NCBI RefSeq assembly: GCF_000002075.1
Contig: NW_004797280.1
Location: forward strand, 2,022,592-2,086,591
Direction: 5' to 3'
DNA length: 64,000 nt
From: Aplysia californica
Taxonomy: Eukaryota
Shown here: positions 13,101-22,100 of the stretch, piece by piece
Position numbering within the stretch: the stretch's first letter is position 1
Layout: each line of letters starts with the position of its first letter
Program-made: the position numbers and the translations under genes
Notes under the pieces: generated by a model
Database searches by the model: none
The model's input: only the letters and a program-made list of their open reading frames with translations
What the model was told of the DNA's origin: nothing

Positions 13101-16100
13101 GTGTGAACTTGTTTATATTTACTCTGTGTAACTCTGTCTTTTTGTCTTTCAGCTGCTGCCACATCAAACCTTTCAGAAAGTCCACAGTAAAGCCGGTGTG
13201 ACCTACGTCTGTTACAGAGATGGTCGGGTTCACACAGCAGGGAGAGACGGCTTCTACAGGCAGTGGGAGGTGAAGAACGGAGCACTCAGCCAACTGCATG
13301 GAAATAAGGTAGTGCATTATTTGACTTCTATACTTTCTTGATGGGGACTAGAGGTACAGAGTGGAGGCTCTCGTGGCCTAGAGGTTTAGGTGTTCACTTC
13401 TCATTCAAAGACACAGAGTTCGAATCCAGGTAGCTGCAAAAACATTTTCTTCTCTAAAATTGTCTCCTTTCACCCCCTTTCCTGCTCTCTAGCAATGTTC
13501 TGTCGTCTGCTTTCGTCTCCACTTTCTTCCACCACCCCCTCACCTCCTTTGCCCCCTCCTCTTGGCTCCTGACTCATTCTGCAGTCTTTCTACTGCTACC
13601 CCTTGGCTCCTTTTTACTGCTGTCTTTCAGCCACACCCCTGATCTTCTGGTAGGAAAGATCTACACCTAGCCTTCTCGGATAAGGGCGAACAATCTCGGA
13701 GGTCCTGTGTGCAAGTTGCGCTCGTTAAATATCCCTTGGTAATCTAAAATCAATAAAAGTAGGCTTCGCCTGCCACCTGGGCAAAATTCAAAATTTCCTA
13801 CCAAAATGAAAATGGTTCATGTTTCCCGCATGCTCATATGACCTTATGCAGTTGCGTGCGCTGTAATACACTTACCAAAAAAAAAAAAAAAAAAAGTGAC
13901 AGGGAGCTTATTCAGTCGTAGTAATAGCTAGACTGGTTTCACCTAGTGCCGTGTTGTAGTACTGGTTTCTTAGACTGTGCTGAGGGTAGACACAGCTAAT
14001 TATTTATATTTTGTTTCATGTTTTTCATGTTTTGCCTTAGTTGTCCTAAAGAAAAGCCATTGTGTGTCTCTAGTATGACTTCAGGTCATCATACTAATGA
14101 CATTTTCATCAGGGCATGATCACGAAATCTGGGGGTGGGTGCGGGGTGTCTTTCTGTCTGGACAGGATGATTATCACCAAATGCCAGTTAACCTGTTTGC
14201 CCACAACAAACTTAAATTTTATCATAGAATTCAAAACATGTGAAATTTATAATTTTGCTGTGCAAGAAAATGTCAGCCTTATCACAAAGGTGTTCTTTTT
14301 GTGAATTTTCACAGATCTTGAAAGGCCTGGAATGGATTGATAGATTGGAATGGCACAACGGAGACCTCTTGGTGTATGGATTTTTTTCAGTAAGTTCTCC
14401 CATGTCCACCTCTGACATGACAAGATTTGGTCTGTAGCAATAGATTCTAACAGCTCCAGTCTCCATTCTATCAAATCAATTGCTAGTAAATGATGTGTGT
14501 AACTTATTAGAACTTGTTCGCTCGAAGCAAGTTCAACAATTTTTATGTTGTGGAGGTGAGAATTTTTCCTTTATGTTCATGAAATCTAATTCTATAGGCT
14601 TATGGAAATATTACTGTTGTTTCTATTCAGTTCCGTGATCTTAGTATCTTTGCTTCAGTTTCCCAATCCAGCAGTCTTCTGTTCTTTTGCACTTTGACTT
14701 TGAAGTGTTTACTCAAAATATTTTCTATGATCTGACATAGCGCATATATTTTATGTCATGACTTGCAGTCCCAGTTCACTGTTTGGAGCGTCACATACAA
14801 CCAGCAGATCATGTCGGTGCAGTGTGGCGGAGGTCACAGGTCATGGGGGTGTTGTCACGAGAACGGAGTTCTCAGATTTGTCTATTTGAAGGCTGGAGCT
14901 GTGTACCTAGTGGACAGTGAGCGGCAGACAAAGCAGCGCATCATTCGGGTCAGTATTTTGTTTCTTCCCCACGTGCCCATTTTCTACCTCACTTCTGTTT
15001 TTGAAGCACAGGTGCCCCGACCTGCTTGAATCTTCTTGTGAAACCTGTTTCTGATTGAGCTTAACTCCTTTTATCTGGCAAGCCGCTCCCAGTGGCTCAC
15101 GGTCGGAGCCACTGTGCAGATGAGCCTCTGACAATGGCTAGGGCACATTCCTTTACAACGTCTTCGACGTCAAATTACTTTTAAGCAACTACCAAAAAGA
15201 GGTTTCTTTTACTAGGAGTTCATTACCTAGGTGAAGAACTATCAAAATAGGTTCTCTTATTTTGATTTAATGATGGATTTAGTGACGTATGTGCCACTTA
15301 AATTTCGCACCAGAAGAGGGCAGGGAAGAGGGCAGGGCATAGTGGGTTGACCTCCCCCCTTCGAAGATAAAGAGTTAGATATTTTTAAAAATCAGTATCA
15401 TAGCATTGGTGTTCCTCTCGTCACTTTTGAAAATGTGAGGCATTGTGGTGAAATCAAGGGATTGTCAAAATAATGAAATAGAAGAAATTGACACTAGGAT
15501 AAAATACAAGAATACTGAAAAGGAAGAATCAACCTTTTCTTCATTTGAAATATAATATAAGTTTAGGCGTAGCCTTTTGTGGATGGTATGCGCTAGGGTC
15601 GCCTCGCGGTGATATAAAACTTTCAATGTTGGAACTTTTCAGGCCCCTCTTCATGGCAGAGAACTGAGTGGTGCGACAGTCATTGGTTTTGTACACTGTC
15701 AGGAAGGTAAACAATTACACATTTCATGGTATTCGTAAATTGTATTGGACTGCCTGTTTTCTGCTTTAGTGACAAGTGATTTTGTTTTCGTGAGCAGATG
15801 ATCGGGAGGCCAGTAGGTTAAATCTATTCCCTATAACATTTTGTTATTGTTTTGATGTGTATACAGTTAAGTCTTTTCCTCTTCTGTCTAAAGTTTTAAT
15901 AAAATTTCTGTTTGTTGTCTTGATACAGGCAGTGGTAGATTCTTTATCATTCCATATCCTTTTTCAAACTTCTTTTTTGCAGTCTTGATGCGTTTCTCTT
16001 TAGCTCAAACTGTCTTCTTGGTAATGGGAAAAGTTTTAGCTAATCATTAATGTTATTGTGGACTCGTGCCCCCACTACCCAATATCATGTTTCAGGACTT

Positions 16101-19100
16101 TTATGCTAGAAATACAATGGAGTCCACCTTAACCGAAAACATTTTATCTGAAAACAGAGGTAAACCAAGAGAAAAAAGTTCCTTTTCCCCCCCTTCTATT
16201 TGAGCAACCTCACTAAACTAAGAATGTGGTTGAACTGAAGAAAACCTGGAAACTGAAGAAAATCTGGTGGTTCCTCAGATTTCAGTTTTAGGAGACTCCA
16301 CTGTAACTAACTGCATTAGTGAAAAGTCTTCATTATGTTCTCAGTCCTACTTAAGTAAATCCATCAGTACTCCTTTGTCTGCAGGCACCTGGGCCCCTCT
16401 AGTCTGTACAGCCAGTGAGGACACCAGCCTCAGTGTTGGAGTGATGCGGCGTATCCTTTTGTTCTAATCTTGACCGTCCGATGTTTATCTCATGTCTCAT
16501 TTTCACTTTAGAAACTCAATTTTTGCCTTTGAAGGTACACTCAAAATTGTCCAAGATGGCCACCCATCGTCTAGGAGAAAAGTGGCTGTCTTAGACAGGT
16601 CAGGTGGGCATCTTAGACAGTGTCATTATAATATTTTTTTAATTCAAGGAGGGAGTGGGAAGTGGTCGTTTGGACAGGTGATGTCATTGGACAGGTGACC
16701 GTTGATGCAGGTTCAAATGTATATTCATTTTTTAAGACACTTGTTTTCTTTTGGATTTTTTTGTTTTTTTTTTTTTTTATAGTAGAAGGTTTTACGGTGC
16801 TCGCAACTGCATAAGGTCATATGAGTGCCACCCTTTGTTTTTAAAAGGTATAAAACTTGGACTCCGTGTCATATACATATATGTTTCTAGTTTTGTTTTC
16901 AGATCTTTTCTGTTATTAAGATTTTTTTTCTTTTGTGCCTGACATTTTTAAAAGAAAGCTTTTACATCCTTTCACTATAAATTTGCTGCCGTTTAAGTAT
17001 TGAATTTTGTCACACTTATTTAATTTTTAATAGGAAATTGCAAATTGCAGGTTGTTTCATTCTTTACCACTTCTCTCAGATGACCAAGGACTGGTACAAT
17101 GGGAACCTCTTGCATCATTAAAAGGTCATCTTTCCAGCGTGCGCTGTGTCACTGCTGTTCCATGTGAAGGCATCCACAAGTTACCACCACGGTCAGATCT
17201 GGAGTGGGATCATGCCGACAAAGAGACTTCTTTTGTCCTATTCAGTGGAGGAGGACGAGCTGAACTACGGGCCTGGAAGTTGCAAGTCATGCCCCCAATG
17301 TGTAGAAGAGGAGGTCACAGCTATGGAGGTCGTGTAAATGTCGAACGTGTAGTGTCAGAAGCTACAGAGGAAGCTGATGTGATGAATGAAATCCAAACTT
17401 CACGTTTGACAAAACATGCTGTTTCTGTGACTGAGACGCCTAGCAGCATCGACTGTGATAAGCATGGAGTCAGTCTGAGTTCTGTGAGCACTGGTTCAGC
17501 TGTTGATCCCACACTAAGTGGAGCTGGCACAAGTACAAGCAGATCTCAGCAGATCTGTTCCTACAAACACTTAGCGACACATTTCCTTGGTGAGTGCAGG
17601 CACAAGCAACGGTCCTCTTCTTGGAAAACTCGGAAACTGAGGCTGGACCCGGAGACTCGAGTGATGAGTGTTGCCGCCACAACAGTCTCCCAGCTAGAGC
17701 CAGGGAGTCAGCGTGATGACACAGCCAGTGGTGGACATGTCTCTGGACTGTACCTGGTGTCTCTGGCAGGCTCAGATGGTGTTCTGAGGTAGGTTTGCTG
17801 TTTCTCTACGTCAGTCGTGATGTGTTCTCTTCTAGTTCTTAGGGGTAGTCGACTACTGGTTCTTCAACCTGAAGTGAAACTGATTTTTACATGTGTCACA
17901 TTTTTCCTACTCCATAGGGCCCTTATGCGTTTAAGGCAGACGCATTCTGATTTAGAAAGTACTCTCTATATATTTTAAAATACTGACTAGAGTACATGTA
18001 TGTTCGGTTTTGGTAATAGGAATGAATTTTGGAATTTGCTTGAGTTGTCACTGAAGCATACTCTTATCGATGTTAGGACCACCAAGGGATCTTTACTGTG
18101 CGCAACTTGAACATGCGACCTCCAAAATTTTTGGGGGGCAATATCTGAGAAGGCTAGGTACCATAAGATCAGGGGTGTGACTGAAAGATAACAGTAATAA
18201 GGAGGCATAAGTAGCAGTAGAAAGCGTCAAGAGGCGAGAGTAAGGGAGAGAGAAGTAGAGAGGTGGCCAGGGGTGAGGGTGGGTGGAGGGGAAAGTAGAT
18301 GATGGAAGAGGACGGGGACTAGAGAGCAAGATGGGTGGCTGGTGGGTGCTCTGGTGTGGTTTGCTTCTTCTTTCCTATCAAACATCTATCGTCCTTATCT
18401 CCCTTTTTAAAAATGTTTGGTACTCTCTTGTAACACCTCTAATCTTCTGGCGCTCATATGACCTTATGCTGTTGCGAGGGGTGTAAAATCTCTACAAAAA
18501 AAAGAGAGCAAGAAATGGGGCAAAAGGAGAAAATTTAAAGGAAGTAAGTCTTTTGACTGAGATGCTTACCCTTTAGACCACTAGAGCCTCCTGTTACTTA
18601 TTTAAAAAGTCTCATTTGTAGCAGTTGCTTTTGAAGCCGAACTGGAAGTATCACTTCAGTACCATATTGAAGGGTGAAAGTCAGTGCATTGCTGATAAAT
18701 AATAAAGACAAAGGCAAAGTTTTTCTCTTTTTTTTTCGTTTTTAAAATCTTTCTACTGTCTGATTGTTCCATTTTGCTTGGGTAGTAATATTTGAAAGGT
18801 AAGAGAATTGAAATGCTGGCCGTTTTATTGTACATTCCCATTTGTCTTCTTAAATGTGATCTAAAATTTGAGGAAAACAAAATTGCTGCCATATTCAACG
18901 AAGAAGAAAAACGCTCCTACAGATGCATTCTCCAGCCTTTTTCCTTTATTAAAAATTACAAATCACACCTAAGCAAGTCTAAAAATAGAGAATAGTCTTA
19001 CTCCAGGTTGTTGCTTAGTGCACCCTTTTCAGTCAATATCAGTCTGGTGATGGTTCCTGTCGTAAAGCCTGTTGTGTGCGTGTGTTGTGATTCATTGTGA

Positions 19101-22100
19101 AGGTAATCTAGATAAAGTGAGCAATTGCACTTTCTTCATTTCTTCTCAGGGTTCTTTTGTTTGATGAAGCAACACAGAATTTCTCAGCTGTTGTTCAAAG
19201 CTCATTCCACAAAGGCTGTGTTCTTAAAGTGACCCACCACCTACAGCACACTTCTGACTCACAGCCTACCCTCCTGCTGCTGTCTGCCTCCACAAATGGC
19301 CAAATCGTTGTATGGAAGTTGGGACAGGAGGTTATTCAGAAATGCACAAATGACAGAAGCTTGAACCACAGAGGGAAAGTAAAGACAAATAAAAACCCTG
19401 ACAACCACTGCGAAAGAGGACAACAGAACCAGTCCAAGGCAGGTTCATGTGAGGCTGGGACTGATGAAGAAGAAGGAGATGTTTCAGATGACTATACAGA
19501 CTTCACAAGGCAGGGCGAGGATGACAAAGAGGATAAACATAAAGACTGGCAGCCGCTTGCATCATTGCCAGCCCATCAGTCAGGTGTGAACAGCCTGCAC
19601 AGCTTACAAGTCTCAGGTGAGAGCTCAGTTTGTTCGGTGTGGTGAAGATGTTGGAGGTTTAGAGATGTAATGATGTGTTCATGTAATAGTACTCAACAAT
19701 CTGTTATAGCATATTTAGTTCTGATTTTGCAAATTGATACTGTCAAAATTGTCTAAAATGGCCACCTATTGTTGAGGATAAAAGTGGCCATCTTAGATAG
19801 GTGGACATCCTATACAATGTCATTATAGTGTAAAAAAAATACAAGGGAGGAATGGGAAGTGGCCTCTTGTACAGGCGATTGTCTTATACAGATAGCCGTA
19901 GGAGCAGGTTCCACTGTCACTATGATCCTGATTTTGATTGCAAAATTAAATCATTCATTTTTCTCATATATACAGATCTATGTTCGCTTATGTTGTAATA
20001 CTCTCATAATACTTTTATAATTTTTCACTGTTCAATAATTCCCTCTCTACTCTGTACTGGTCTGGAAACAAAATTAACTTCTCCTTTATTTTTTTCTAAA
20101 CTGTCCATGTTGTCTCAGATTCACAGTTCCTGGTGGCATCAGGAGGGGATGATAATGCGGTGACTGTTCAGCTGTGCCAATTGTCAGGTGTCCAGGTCAA
20201 TCTTCTGTGCAAGGTCACTCAGCACCGTGCGCATGCAGCACAGGTCACAGGTACTGATATCATTTTTTAAACTCATTCAGTGCTGAGCGCTCCTGCTGTG
20301 AACTCCCCTCATATACTGGGCAGTTTTGTTATGGCAACATGAAATAAGGTCTACCCTCGAAAATAAAAAAAAACTATCAGACTCAATGGCTGTTCGAGCA
20401 GAAAAAATATCTCCTTGACCTTTCCCATAATGCATCATGATTAGTAAAATAACTTGGTATGGATTAGAAAGAGTAATTCTTTCGATAAAGATCTCTCTCT
20501 TGCCCTTTTTTAACTCCCAGTGGAGCACAGGCCATCAACAGCATTACTCCAGCGAAGCCTGTCCTGAGCATCCTTTTCTATATGTTTCCATGATGTCCCC
20601 GCTTTTTCAATTTCAGCTTGTACCGCTCATCTCCATGTCATCTTTGGTCTTCCCTTCTTTCGTTTTCCATGTGGGTTCCACATTAAAGCCTGCCTGATGA
20701 TGCTTGACGGGGGTCTCCTCAGGGTGTGTCCAATCCATTTTCATTCGATAAAGATAGCGAGGCAGAATGCGAGAATACTTGTTGGTAGTATGTGGACGGG
20801 GCCCAGGCTTCGCAAGTATTCTCGTCCGTAGCACTGAATGAGTTAAGTATCCAGGGTGTCATATGGGGCGGGGGTGGGGTGGGATGGGGTGAAAGGGGGG
20901 GGGGGGGGTCATAGTAGGTTCTGCTTTCCTGGTGAGCCCTTTTTTTGACTTGTCAAAGTATCAATTTATTGTTTTGAAAAAAGACAAGTTCTTTTTGTAT
21001 GTTTGTGTTGTGAAAACTGGTATTATCATGATCTGTATTTATTTGACAATTTCGTACAGGATGTCTTTTGCAACATTAATACCAGTTCCAAACACAATGG
21101 TGACTTTCCTAGTGGTCACAATGCTTCTATGTTTTGCTGAAGGTTTAAGGTGTCTCTCATAACGAGAGCTGAGGTGGCTCGAAGGTGCTTTATTTTCTTG
21201 TGTGCTACATTTCCAGACCACTAAATCAGCTTGTAATAGAGAAAGTCTTGTTGTTTTGTGGAAATGAGGATGAGAAAAGAGCAGTGGCTTTTGAGAAATT
21301 GGATCGTGTTCAAGCCTGGTGTTCACATTCATGACTGGACAGCTTTAAATCCTGATCTGGCACTGAAATGAAGGTGACAAGTGGTAATTCTTAACCCTGT
21401 CAGTACGTCGTGTTTTACTATCGTATCCATACGATGTAGGAACTCTGTGCAACCACTTTCCAAAGAGGAATTTTACTCGTAAATCCAATCCGTACGCTTT
21501 GCGTAGCAGTCTGTCAAAATAATTTTTGGGGAAATACTGAAAGTTTCAAAGAGATCTTCATACTAGAAGTATTATAAAATGTGAAGAATACAACCGCGGG
21601 GGTACAAAATGACCCCGGGGCATACAGATAGGGTTAAAGCCCCATTGCTCAATAGGCTAATTATTGTCTAATAAGACTGATTTTTCTTTTTCTTAGATGG
21701 GATCTTCTAGATAATTTAAGATGTGCATACTCAGAAAGGAAGGTCTTTTACTTTTATATTCTTTTGCAGGCATAAAATTTATCAATCCATCTCTTGTGGT
21801 CTCAGCATCTATTGACCAAAGAATCTGTGTGTGGAGACTGCGTTGCAATGGAGAAAAGAGTATGCATGTGAGTTTTCCCTAATTTTTGTTTGCCCACTTT
21901 TTCAACTTTATTGGACTGGCAATGTCATAAGAATGCCTGATTTTAGAGTCCTAAAGGCAATATTGTATTCTGAATTGTCCTCAATCACACTTTCTTTAAA
22001 AATGTGTCTAAAGGACTTCAACATTTATCCCTTGACATGGGAGAACCATCCTCATGACAGACCCAGTTGGAGAGCAGCAATCATAAAGGGCAGCAAATAT

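Noticed and set aside
13363-13435. tRNA-like sequence with A/B boxes
   Set aside because: It is a SINE head (continues into the SINE body and poly(A)); no proper acceptor stem.
15090-15114. Perfect 9-bp GC-rich hairpin CAGTGGCTC/GAGCCACTG
   Set aside because: Isolated; most likely a collapsed TE remnant or chance, with no further support.
20690-20710. CTGATGA hammerhead-like core
   Set aside because: Lies antisense in RTE coding sequence; no matching stems or GAAA.
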